Source: Mytilus edulis
Taxonomy: Eukaryota
Direction of reading: 5' to 3'
NCBI RefSeq assembly: GCF_963676685.1
Contig: NC_092352.1
Coordinates: 76,012,001-76,076,000 of the forward strand
Length of the DNA stretch: 64,000 bases
Of this stretch, positions 12,655 through 25,415 are shown in pieces (positions within the stretch are counted from its first letter, which is position 1; every line of letters starts with the position of its first letter). The notes beneath the pieces are model-generated. The model ran no database searches. It had not been told where the DNA came from and saw only the letters and a list, made by a program, of their open reading frames with translations. The position numbers were made by a program, and so were the translations under genes.

Positions 12655-12785
12655 TTACACCAGACGAACGTTTCGTCTATAAAAGACTAATCAATGACGC
12701 TTCAATAAAAAGCGAAAAAGGTCAAACAAAGTACTAAGTTGAAAAGCATTGTGGATCCAACATTTCGACAGGTTTTGCCAATATG
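12655..12785 (-). mobile_element. Degenerate retrozyme fragment (dead hammerhead at 12657-12700)
   Basis: Minus strand gcgtca-TTGATTA-GTCT..AGAC-GAAA-CGTTCGTC; core mutated; flank homologous to the 40.3 and 43 kb units. Confidence 0.6.
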
Positions 12786-13147
12786 TGCCCTTTGAGAAAC
12801 GTCCAATCTATGAAAAAATGGGTCAACTTCGATGTTGCATAATTTAAGATATATGCTTGGTTGGCGGCCGAAATCGTTTTTTTATAACATCTATGTTCAT
12901 TTTATTTTTATTTTTATAGAAAACATTTATCACCACGCATTATAGCTACTGAAAACAGATTTGTTGTTCATATTAAATTCAATGCTTGTTTAAACAATAA
13001 TATAAAGCTTTTTTGTGTAGATATTGATCTTGTATAAAGATGGGATAAAACAAATCCCTTGAGGGAAAATGTTAGCGACCCTGAGAAGGCGAATGAAAAT
13101 TTAAGAAAAAGAAATATAAGAACAGTAAACACTTTGATCATATTTAA

Positions 13148-13420
13148 GGTGGTACCTAACACTACAGGGAGATAACTCTGTAAAGTCAGGTAAACGTTTT
13201 AATTACGTTGTGTTGTGAAGGGAATATTAAGCTTCTCAGTGATCAAAATTAGTGTTTGTCAAACTGCTATATAACCAGTGTAATTTTTCTGATAAAACGG
13301 TTGGTTCAGATTTTTTGAAATTTTTATATTTTTGTAAAAGGGTCAAAGTAAATACTTTGTCAAAATTTTATGAAAATTAAACGAGCCAAATTAATTTTAG
13401 TGAAAGTGTTGGGTACCACC
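13148..13420. mobile_element. Non-autonomous DNA transposon (MITE) with TTAA TSD, Kolobok-like
   Basis: TTAA 13144-47 and 13421-24 flank 15/16 TIR GGTGGTACC(T/C)AACACT. RR terminus plus TTAA fits Kolobok. A fragment of the right end recurs at 54551-54634. Confidence 0.75.
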
Positions 13421-13516
13421 TTAAAGGTTTTGCCATCTACGACTGTCAATAAAAGCAACTGTTTTAACAAGTGCTTCGGAAGGGCAAACGAAATAACTTT
13501 GATACTTCGCATTTGA

Positions 13517-13594
13517 CCATCATCGTTATATTGTCCAATGATGACCATCGTTATATTGTCAAATGATGACGATCATCGTATCGTCCAATGATGA
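13517..13594. repeat. ~26-bp tandem repeat x3
   Basis: catcgttatattgtc(c/a)aatgatgac units. Confidence 0.65.
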
Positions 13595-14034
13595 ATGTAA
13601 AATTGTAAGGGATAAATCGGTAAATATACTTGCAATGGGATCAATTGTTTACAGACGAAAATCTGTGAAAAAAAAGTAGAGAGTAAAGATTGAATTCTTC
13701 AATTGTTTCAATTGAGCGGGTTAGCTAGCTGTAAAGGGACAACATAGAAATATTCACTCGTTTCCAGTTAGACGTTTGACTAGCTTCAAATTTAAATTTA
13801 ATCCATTATTTTCTGCAGAGGTAAATGCCTGTATCAATTCAGGAATATGCTAGTTGTTTTCCATTCGTTTGATGTGTTGAGCTTTTGATTTTGCCAGATC
13901 GTTGTTTTGTTATTTTACTTATTTAAAAAGGCTATACATTGGTATGGAACGTATGAAACATATTTGGATGATATTTTGTTTCTAAGCGGAATCAATTACA
14001 TTCACTTTATCCGCAGTAAATGATAGTAAATACT

Positions 14035-14530
14035 CCTATTTTTAACATTTGTACCTTTTATGTTTGTTAAATTCACACATTGTTGTCAATATAATAGAAT
14101 TGTGTGTGACTTGACATACAAGTAAGAGGTTTAGCCAGCTATATAACCAGATTTAAACCACTATTTTCTAAAGAAGAAAATGTATGAACCATCGAAGGGA
14201 AATGTTAGTTGATATATCCATTTGACGATGAAATCAGATGCGACTGTCATACAAGTGAGCGGTTTAGCTAGTTAAATGTATAAAACCAGTTTCAATCCAC
14301 CATTTTCTACATAAGAAAATGCCTGTATCAAGTCAGAAATATGACAGTTGTTATCCATTCGTTTGAGCTTTCGATTTTCTAATTTGATAAGGGACTTTCC
14401 GTTTAGAATTTTCCTCGGAGTTCCGTTTTTTTTGTGATTTTTTTTTATATGTTTTAGCGTCTAGGTTTGCTATTCGATAAGGAAACTACCTTTTTGAATT
14501 TTCCTTGGAGTTCGGTAATTTTTTTTATTT
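14035..14530 (+). mobile_element. Family B tandem/nested copies
   Basis: Two successive B segments. Twister at 14242-14348 has GA>GC and a P4 mismatch. Another degenerate piece at about 13720-13920. Confidence 0.7.
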
Positions 14531-15389
14531 CTTCCCTAGGTGAAGAAGAATTGTTTTTTACGTTCGATTTTTTTTTAAACTTACATTCTTAATGCATATT
14601 ATATTATTTTACTACATGCTTTACACTTAATGTGGTACATAATTGGTAAAACTTATATTATATTATAATCACTACATATCTTATATAAGGAATTGCATTA
14701 TGCACAGCAGATATGTCAAGGTATGCGCATACTTTATATTCTTTTCAAATAAGAAAACACTTTGCATGAGTGAGTTTTAATCATTTTAAGTACTATAGAC
14801 AAAGTTTCACATAACCTTTCATTGGTTATAAGAAAATGATCATCACTGGCAGTTAACCAATCAAAGTTCCAACCCTGTTTTTTCCTGTTGTTTACAAGCT
14901 TAATTAGTCATGTTACATCATGTTTTAAAACGTCTTTAGAGAAACACCACATAAAAACAATGGTGCTTTGAAATACTCAAGATTTATGTTTATGATTCAG
15001 AATTTACTGCAATGAAATATAGGATCAATTCCCTACAACTGTCAAATTTAATGAAAATATTTGTTCGATCCTATTTCGTATTTATCGTACTATTATTTGA
15101 TGGTATAACACTTTTATGAAAAAATGCAACATGTTTTACTGCTGCTATTAAATTTTTTACAAGCCCCCCCTTTACTTCACAAGAATTTAATTTGGCCGCT
15201 TTCTAAGTGGTTAAACTTGAAAGTAATTTCTTTATGAGATGAAACATGGTGATCGTATTTGGAAACGAGTAGGTAAACAAGTAAAAACTATGATGTTAAT
15301 TATAAGTATCTCATCATAAGAAACTTCAAGATTATAAAAAAAACGGTTTTTTTTCTAAAGTGAACATTGATTGGTTAAATATTTCTCAG

Positions 15390-15937
15390 TCATGTCCTGT
15401 GTTTGAATTTGTTTGTTAGCTTTTTGGTCATGAATGTTTGTCTCTAATATTTAATTAACTGTGCATTTGTATTCAGATATCGCAGATCAAATTTATTCGT
15501 TCATTGTTTAATCATACGTTTTTTGATTGAGTTAAGTCTGCCAATTGATATTTTATCGTATGTTTTTCTTTGTTGTGATGTTATGCTATTGTTTCAGAAA
15601 AAGGGAGAAGGTTTGGATCCATTAAAACGTTTAATCCCGCTGCAAATGTTTGCACCTGTCCTAAGTCAGGAATCTGATGTACAGTAGTTGTCGTTTGTTT
15701 ATGTAATATATAAGTGTTTCTCGTTTCTCGTTTTGTTTATATAGATTAGACCGTTGGTTTTCCCGTTTGTATGGTTTTACACTAGTAATTTTGGGGCCCT
15801 TTATAGCTTGTTGTTCGGTGTGAGCCAAGGCTCTGTGTTGAAGGCCGTACTTTAACCTATAATGGTTTACTTTTTAAATTGTTATTTGTATGGAGAGTTG
15901 TCTCATTGGCACTCACACCACATCTTCTTATATCTAT
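15390..15937 (+). mobile_element. Dispersed repeat family C, longest copy
   Basis: Ends ...accacatcttcttatatctat. Partial copies at 27150-27385, 42590-42718, 46661-46816, 47908-48095 and 49408-49600. The 5' boundary is approximate. Confidence 0.8.
15586..15687 (+). ncRNA. Type P5 twister ribozyme, best-preserved copy
   Basis: P2 TCCC 15635-38/GGGA 15603-06; G15607-A15608; T1 CCT 15660-62/AGG 15609-11; scissile T15632/A15633-A15634; T2 GC 15639-40/GT 15665-66; P3 TGCAAA/TTTGCA; P4 CCTG/CAGG; P5 TCAGA/TCTGA plus CTATTGT/ACAGTAG. Confidence 0.78.
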
Positions 15938-16060
15938 AGTAATAAGCTAAGGTACATGGAATTTTTGCAACTCTTATATACTAGTACATATTTTGTCAGT
16001 TGTCTGTTTAAATGTAAAACATGGTTTGCGTACAATGTATATATGATAGAATTTTTGTAT

Positions 16061-16695
16061 TTGATTCCACTTCCTATCGAGTCTGTTCGGTACCGTCAGA
16101 CTGTTTTTGATAAATGTTTTATTCGTATTATCTGGTCTAATGTGAATCTGATTTCACTTCCTCCTATCGAGTCTGTTCGGTAATGCCAGACTGTTTCTGA
16201 TAATTATTTTATTCGTATTATCTGGTATAATGTGAATCTGATTTCACTTCCTCCTATCGAGTCTGTTCGGTACCGCCAGACTGTTTCTGATAAATGTTTT
16301 ATTAGTATTACCTGGTATAATGTGAATATGATTTCACTTCCTCCAATCGATTCTGTTTGGTACCGTCAGACTGTTTTTGATAAATGTTTTATTCGTATTA
16401 TCTGGTATAATGTGCATCTGATTTCACTTCCTCCTATCGAGTCTGTTCGGTGCCGTCGGACTGTTTTTGATAAATGTTTTATTCGTATTATCTGGTATAA
16501 TGTGAATCTGATTTTACTTCCTCCTATCGAGTCTGTTCGGTACCGTCAGACTGTTTTTGATAAATGTTTTATTCGTATTATCTGGTATAATGTGAATTTG
16601 ATTTCACTTCCTCCTATCGAGTCTGTTCGGTACCGTCAGACTGTTTTTGATAAATGTTTTATTCGTATTATCTGGTATAATGTGAATCTGATTTC
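16061..16695. repeat. 90-bp minisatellite, ~7 units
   Basis: Unit starts tgtg(a/c)at at 16141, 16231, 16321, 16411, 16501, 16591 and 16681. Confidence 0.95.
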
Positions 16696-17394
16696 CAGTA
16701 GCTGTCCTGTCAAACATTTCTGCTCAATTATAACTTATACATGAAAACATATATTGATGTAATAAAATTGGTCGCATCGAGTTGTCCTCTGATATAATTG
16801 TAATCTCAAGGTCAAGTCTCAAGGTCATGTGGGACATATAGACTGTGAACAATTACTCTCATATAATCATTTTCTACGATGAAACTCTTCATTCAATGAC
16901 AGAAGCAGAAATGAATGTTACGTTAATGAAGAGTAACACTCTTTATTTTTTATATTCCATGGAAGAGTAAAACTAATTTCAGAATGTAGCTTGAATTCAC
17001 CAACTGATATAAATAATGATTAAAACCGACACTAGTGTTGTCAGAAAGTCAATACGATACAGAAATAATTTGCGGTTAGCTAAATCGAATTATAAATAAT
17101 ATAACTGTTCTGACAGAAATATAGCCCCGGTAGATATCTTCTAATGACAACTTCCATTTCCTATAATAAATTGCATTTTGCTTTAAATTGCACTTATATG
17201 AAAAATAGGGGGTTAGGTGATATATATGATATATAGTTGTTAAATATCGAGAGAATGACACCAGAGTTACAAATGTACATCCCAACATAAAACAGAATCG
17301 TACATTTAAATTGATCAACAAACAAGATACAATCTTAAATTATCAGATGAAGGAGTGGAGAAAATATGAAAATATGAAACTCTTTTCGAGCCAT

Positions 17395-17775
17395 TTATAA
17401 TCCTTGTACCTTATATAACTATTTACACCACTGGGTTGATGCTACTGATGGTAGACGTTGCGTCCCCGAGGGTATCACCAGCCCAGCAGTCAACACTTTG
17501 GTGTTAACATGAATATCAATCATATGGTCGTTTTCATAAATTTCCTGTTAAAAAAATGAATTTTTCGAAAAACTAAGGATATTGTTATCACAGGAATAGA
17601 TTACCTTAGACGTATTTAGCACAACGATTGGGAATTTTAGGTCCTCAATGCTCTTCAACTTTGTACTTGTTTGGCTTTATAACTATTTTGATCTGAGCGT
17701 CACTGATGAGTTTTATGTAGACTAAACGCGTGTCTGGCGTATTAAATTATAATTCTGGTACCGTAGATAATTATT
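17395..17775 (+). mobile_element. Retrozyme monomer, ~350-bp subfamily, inactive hammerhead (17697-17740)
   Basis: Terminal redundancy ttataatccttgtacc..tatt / ttataattctggtacc..tatt. gcgtca-CTGATGA-GTTT..AGAC-TAAA (G12>T)-CGCGTGTC-tggcgt. Confidence 0.75.
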
Positions 17776-20700
17776 ATCACGCCTAAAGTGATGCTTCAGT
17801 ATATATAAAGGCAACAGTATAGCGATGGTTAATCGCATTTCTTTTCTTGACATATTATTTTACTTACTGTCGAAAGAGTTGATAATGCTAAATGCAAACA
17901 AGTGTAAACATTTCAAAACGGTATGTTTTCTCTTTGTAAAACACTCTAAATGATTTTCTTTCTTTTTATGTTAATGATAAACCTTATGATCCGATACCAC
18001 TGCAATATACAATGTATTCATTTTCGATTAAGTAATTGACCATAAGTTAACCGATTTGTAGTGAGAAAAAAATATTTATCTAACATCGGAAATTATTGAT
18101 TGGATTTTGAAATGTACCACTAGACCAATGATTGGCTGAACAATACCAATGCATGTCAATTTCATCCTTTCCTGCTTACTGTGTGCTTTTTATTATAATT
18201 GAATGGTCAGATATAGATATTGAACTTCAGTTTATTATTAAACAAGAATGTAGGAATAAAGAAAACTGTTTACTCACTCTGATCTAAACTGGGTTCCTAA
18301 AGAATAAGATTACGGTAACATTTTCTAAAAGCAGAAAGTGTTTATGTGTATTGACGACTCCTAAACAAAGTGGCCAAATAACCCGTTGTATATTTGATGA
18401 TAATCTAAATTGGTTAGCTTATCGAACAGGGTTTTATATGTACATTACTATGTCCAGTAACAAAAGTTCTATTATTGGAAAATATACGATCAAAAGCCAG
18501 GGTTTTATTGTAATATCCTATGCTACAACAGTAATATTTGATTTGTAGCGTTTATATTTAAGCAATTTTCATAAACGGGTCTTTTTGTAGAAACAAAAAA
18601 AACGTCATTCCAATTTGTTGGTTCTTAAGTTGTGTTCTTTAAATGATTTTAACTTCAACATTTCCAATTTCTCAATGCAAACAATGCAAAGTTTGCTTCG
18701 ATATGCACTATGTCATTAACGTACAAGAGATACCAAATTAACTTGTTCAAAACTGAACATTTATATTCACCACCAAAGAGGGCAAAGAAAAAGCACGTGA
18801 CCAATGCACACTTAAAATACATAACAGTGAGTATATGTATCTTCCTTGCAGCGACTGTTTTATTGTCTAACGGTCAAAGTAAATTTAATTGCCAGTCAAA
18901 TGGTTTGATGGCTTTCCTTTTGTTTTTTTCCTTCATGATGTGCCATAATATCCTATCTGTAACACACTAAACCAATATGTCCCAAATTTGCTACTGATTT
19001 AGTTACCTACCAGTCTTTCTACAGTAAGATGATAAAAAAAAGTAATCAAAATACTAGTTTTATTATTGTAAAATGTTATATGCGTTAATCTACACAAGAC
19101 TCTGCAGTGATGCTGGAATTAAATTAATTTCAAATGTTTGCTTATATAAATAACTTAACATAAATACTCGGGTTATTTCATGTCAAAGTATTAACTAGTA
19201 ACCTCTGACCAGGGTAAGGAATTTGTCTTGTCATCTTTGTTTTCAAAATTATATATTAATGCCTATAATTGTAATATTGATCACCAAACTTTATTCTTAT
19301 ACCTAGGAATAAAATGTCCAAAATAGCAACCAAAAAGATGAATCCAAAAAGACCATTATAACTGATTAAATCACATGTAAGACCATATCAATCAATTGAG
19401 CGAGTGGAAAACTACAGTTATATTTTTGACTTGGTACAGATATTTCCAAAAAAAATTCCTTGTTAATAGATATAAGAAGATGTGGCATGAGTGCCAATGA
19501 GACAACTGTCTAAACCTGGTTTTATAATAGACGTGTTAGGAAAGTCAGTACGATTTTGACGCATATGTTAAATACCAATACCACTACAGGCTATAGTGGG
19601 GACCATCTCAAAAGGGACAAATAATCATTCATTATAGTTACCTGTATGGGTTTGTTTGATAATGCTGAGATGATTTTTAAACAATAAAATAAATGTAGTA
19701 ACGATTCATTCCGCAATACATGGACGAGGATCCAGCAAAACAACACGATCATTATTCTTAAAATTGCATTGTTTCATAATAGTGATCGATTAAGTTTAAA
19801 ATCGTTGTTCCTCCATTTCTTACTATTTTGTTGAACGACTACAAGGGAAATGTACAAAGCGATCAAAATAAATGAACTTCAGGAATCTAATCAAACTTAA
19901 AGCCGATTTTTAACCCTACATCATTCTTTGTTCAGAGCGTTCATTTTTTTAAAATATACTGGTTATGTCGGGCCTTTCTTAGCTTTTATGTGGGATGTGT
20001 TTTGCTCCATGTTAGGGGTCATACGGTGACCTATAGTTGCAAACATTTACGTCATTTGGTCTCTCGTATATAGTTGGCAATCATACCACATCTCCTTATT
20101 TCATATCATTTTAGAATAGAGAAATGTGTTACACAGTAGCGTAAAATTAAAGAAATAAACCAAGTTGGAAGTTTGTGTACTTGACAATTTAAAAAAAAAG
20201 AAAGAGTTTTCAATTTAATTATCTTTATATTTTTATTTTATCTAGAAATTGTAATGTTGAAAAGCGTCAATACATAAAAAAACACCGTAAAAATTTGTGA
20301 ATTAACTATTCTTATTCACATTTTCAATGACGTTTTCTTTCTATCAACTTTTATCAGTTAGTTTTTCGGAAAAGAGAGGTTATCGAATTAAGTTTTAAAA
20401 GATTACAATCAAGCATATGCATGTTAAATCTACGTTTCGATGAAAGGTCAGAAGTTTTTTTTATTGTTATCACAGCTTCCTCCTCAACAAAACAGAACAC
20501 CACGATTGAATTGAGATATTGTTGAAAGTGGCGTTAAACATTCAAATGAAGAAGTTGTTTTTATCCTTTTTGGGATCAGGAGGATATTTTGAAAATGGAG
20601 TTAGGAAATATCACAGTATTCATTTGTGCCCACTATTTATTGTTTTTATATATACATATATAACGATGTGTTTAGATTCGTACAGATTCGTTTAAACATT

Positions 20701-21429
20701 ATACGTGTTCCTGTGACACAAAATGCATGCTATTAAGTTATTAACTATATTTTGCAACGAAAATACGACAAATCTATTGTGGAGAGTTTATGTATATATT
20801 TGGACTTGTGGCCGTGAAATCAGTCATTCCCATTCTTGACTCTTACATATATTTATGTTAAGGTTTTTTTTGGCACTCCTAAATCAAACAAATACAAATG
20901 AATATATGAAGATCTACGTAAGGCCAATGCATTGCATTTTAAAATTTGGAGTCGACGTTAATCGTTCGCTTCATGTTTTATCAAACACACCAGAAAGCTA
21001 AACGAAACTTTTCAATGCAATTGCATTTTGAGAAAGTCCACACTGTAATCTTGTATCGGTATTGGTATTTAACATCAGCTCAGTATTTAAATACCTTTCC
21101 TAACACGTCTATTAGTCGTTCTCGCGAGGGAATTCATTTGTATAGTGTTCAAGTTTTGATTGTAAACAAAAGTAAACAAAAAAGAAGGCCAGAAAAAAAA
21201 CCTCAAAGTTGAATGAGGACAAGCTTCAGCAAAATATTACGAAAAATTAATGAGACAACAAACAAAAAATTACTCAGAAAACCGAGCAAAAAGTAGGAGT
21301 AATTGTTCTTACATGAAAAAGACTAACGGGTTACGTGATATGCATATACTTCATATTGACAATTTGACAATTGACTGGTTTTATATTCATCTTATGTTAA
21401 TCGTAAAACGGAAAAAATAAATTCAAAAA

Positions 21430-21760
21430 TAAAAAATGAACTCCTAGGAAAATTCATAATTAAAAGTCCCTAATCAAATGGCAATATCAAAAGCTCAAAC
21501 ACATCAAACAAATTGACAACAACTGTCATATCCCTTTACTTGATACATGCATTTTCTTATGTAGAAAATTGTGAAATTAACCTGGTGTTATAGCTACATA
21601 AACTTTTCACTTGTACGACACTCGTACAATTTTTCATTATATTGACAACGATGAGTGAACAAAACAGACACAATAGGTAAAAATGTCAAACATAGGAACA
21701 CATCAGTCAACGTATTGTTATTATCTCAATCAATATAAGAAAAATAAATATATATGAACA
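21430..21760 (-). mobile_element. Old family B copy
   Basis: Diverged homologue of 4110-4440. Confidence 0.7.
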
Positions 21761-24700
21761 AACATTTACCATGAAACAAAACGCTCACTTTTTAGAAAAT
21801 CGTCGTCTGGATAAATCGTATTGTTAAAATGTTCGATACGCATTTAGTACTCATGTTTGCCATGTTATTTGTTGCTGAATCGAATAAGGTCTTTGTAAAA
21901 CAGATATTATTGTAATATAAAAGGCAGTATTTGTCTCATTACTGTTTGGATGACGTTTGTTATCCTCTAACAATAAATACATTTTAAAACTAATTGACCA
22001 TGACATATCTATTATAAAATAGAGATATTATTATTTTCTGTCAAATCAACTATATTATTAGACTAATTTCAGATCAACTGCTAGGATTTTATAGTATTTA
22101 GCTGTGCTATGATAGTTATATTTGATTTTTGTTTTCAATAGAAGTATACTCAAATGAACTGATATCTGTATAGAAGAAAAAATATCGGTTTAAATTTTTC
22201 ATTTAATTTTCAGTTATTTTCTTCGACATGCAATAAATGTTCAAAAATGTATTTTAAAAAGATTTCAAACTCTTATTTACAAAGAATATTGAACAAAATA
22301 TGAAGAGACTGTTTGGAATATAATTAACAGATAGTAAATACAAACTCAACAATTATAATGCAAAAACTATAAATCTGACAATGCACGAATTAGGATATAT
22401 CAAAAGCAACGCAACATATTTATGATAAATACGTCCATCAAAGGAACGAAGTATACAACCATCTACTAGTATAACTACGCAATCTTCTGTATCTGCATGT
22501 CCCTATGCAATATCCTGTAATTCAGTGTTTGTGTTTTGTTGCTGTATTTCATATTTGTTTTTCGTTTATTATTGTTAACATGAATTAGGCCGCAATAAGC
22601 AATCTGTACACGGGACTACAGTATATGTCTCACTCAGTAATACACAACTTATTCAATAGGAGAGCATTTCAAAATACAATTCATTTGGGGGTATTTGATA
22701 AATGTATGAACACCACTGAGAAAATTAAAAAAAATCCAAATAAATAAATATTTGATACGTCAGTATGGTCACATGATTTTTTTTCACTGTAAACATTTAA
22801 CTGTTTAAACATAAATCGTGTTTATAAAGAATATCTTCATAAATGAGAGTCTCTAATGTGCATTAACTTTTCTATTCGAATTTATTTAATCAAAATGAAA
22901 GCGAAAGTAAAAAATCACGACAAGAGGTATATTAATGAATTTCATATATTAAGGGACTTTGTGTTATATGATGTCAAATTTCTGTAAATAATTAATAATC
23001 ATAGATATTTTCACCCTCGTGGATCGTTTTTCTTTTATTAAACATTTATACAAATATGTAAAAACTACTTCAACAGATAGTCAGATTAAAGCACCTATTT
23101 TCATGAATAGTTGTGATTCAGCAGTAACATTATCTTTTTTTTTATGTTCCCCTCTCACGACAACACATCGTTGATCATCGTTCCAATATACCATTTCAAA
23201 TATGCATAAACAGAACGTTGGAATATAATACGGCATTTTTCCTTTGAAGTTTTTACGTGATAATTTGCTTAATAGTTCGGTTTCTGAAAAACCATGGTTT
23301 AATATAAAGACTGGTATGTTATTCTATAAAAAAGAATCATGACGTACTTTGTCCTTGTAACTTCATGAAGATAGGCGGAGCTTGTACTATGGTTTAATCT
23401 GATAATTTTTATGTTAAACCATGATTTTAACTCCGCCTCTTTGTTTTACACCTCCATGTGGTTGACAGTGCACGAGGACAAGGATTTCGTTTGTTTTACA
23501 AATAAGATTTCTACTTTCTGGGAATTCCGTGCATGACTTTATAAATTTCAACGAAAACTCGGCCAGTGTTTCATGAAAAACAGAGAAGGCATCTTGTCCA
23601 GGCTTTCAGTTATAGGAACCAACAATTTAATTTTTGAGGGTAAAAAAAGAGGGGGGGGGGGGGGGGGCTGTTCACACCTGAGCCTGATTATTTTTGCCAA
23701 TGCAATTAATAAGTGCAATAAATATTGGTTTGGGAAAATCTTTTTTTAAAGATTTTTTTTATGACAAATCAGAGCCGTATTATTTTGTTCTAAAAAATTT
23801 CAGGCCCTAGAAAATCAAATGAACTTATATCAAGATAAATCGATGTCCTTGGTTCCAGCAATATCCTTCATTAAAATATACGTCTTCAAATATCACGGCC
23901 ATTCTTAACGACATGTAATCACTGAATGAACCGGCTGATTTTGGAAAAATTGTCTGGATCGCGCTGAGAAGCAGGCTAGAATGACACAACCACTGGTTTT
24001 TTTTTATTGGATAAAAAATCAGCAGGCCACTTTTCAATGATGTTACAAAACTTATACACCACGCCTTACTCATTAACATATTTAAACGAACTCATCCTAC
24101 GGATTCGTCGTTTAAATATGTTAACTCGTAAATAACGTTGTAGATATAATACTTGTGCTTTAGCCGATTATTTTGGGTATGAACACTATTTCAAGATTAC
24201 GTATATGTTTTTTTTTCTTTTTCTTTACACAAAATAAAGTAATAATACACCCCAGTAAATGTTTGTGATAATTACACATTTTATAAGAATGCCGCATTCC
24301 GATTGGTTGGTAGCCAGTGTATTTTTCACATACTTTAATCTTTATTCCTCATTTTAAACGAATTTGCATGTTTTTTTACCACTTGGGTGAATATGCCTCA
24401 AATTCCAATTTATTCCATGGTATTTGTCATTTTATTATATTCTTTTTTACCCTCGAGAGCTTTTTCCCGTCAAAAGTTTTTGGGTATGACGCTACATAAG
24501 GACAGAGCTTATGCGTATAACTACGTGTATACTTCCCGTGGTACTTACTTTGATACCCTCTACCTATCCATTCATCCATCCTATAACATGTTTATGGATT
24601 ACAGCTCACAAGTAAAAACAAACATTTTCCTTTACCTATACAGAGAGTTTCAAAATCTATTCGGTGTAATTAAACAGATATATCATATTATGGAGGAGTA

Positions 24701-25385
24701 TTTGCGAAAAATACTAGACCTGAGATCAAATTTCCTTCGCCTGGCGGCTGGGACAATTTCACAGTCCTTTGACTGTTTTTTTTTGCATATACCTTTCCAT
24801 AACAAGACATATCTGTTCAAAATTCTAATTTGCAGTACCGGATTTATCGTCGTAAAAGGTATTCTGTAGAACTTACAGAAAAGACAATTGAATATTTTCC
24901 AAAAATCTAACACAGCCGCGGTAAATTCACAAAAACATATATTTATAGAATTGGGCAACCGCAATTTATCGATGTTCCTATCTCATAAATGAAGCAAATC
25001 AAAGATACACAAAATTAGGGATTCAGATGCATCGATAGCATTGGTTCTTCTGCTATGGATGCAGTTGCCGTCATGCAAATCCATAACTGGCTGACAATTG
25101 AATATATAAGTAAGTAAATAGTCGTCATTTTATTGTCATCAATTTAAAAATCATATGCCTGCCCTTTTTACAAATGTCCCAATCTATTCCTTATAAATTG
25201 ATTTATTGATGTTTTAAGACATATATGATTAGTACACATATTCTGAACAAGAAAAGTCAAAATGAAAAACAAATACATTCGTCAAATCGTAAGATAAATG
25301 TAATTTAGATGTTTTTAGATTTTACGACAATATTTGTCGAGTACTATTTTCCGAGAACAAAAGATCATTACACCAAGGATTTCAC

Positions 25386-25415
25386 ATATACATATATATA
25401 TATATATATATATAT
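25386..25415. repeat. (TA)n microsatellite
   Basis: Direct reading. Confidence 0.85.

Noticed and set aside
16061-16695. CRISPR-like array
   Set aside because: Units are contiguous with no unique spacers, and the context is eukaryotic.
15890-16744. 97-aa and 170-aa repetitive ORFs
   Set aside because: They are translations of the 90-bp minisatellite; one unit has an in-frame stop and there is no recognisable domain.
20477-20545. Possible SINE 3' tail (gatattgttgaaagtggcgttaaac)
   Set aside because: Too short and single-copy in this window to support a call.
24317-24964. Overlapping 60-160-aa ORFs
   Set aside because: No recognisable motif or splice structure; expected by chance in AT-rich DNA.
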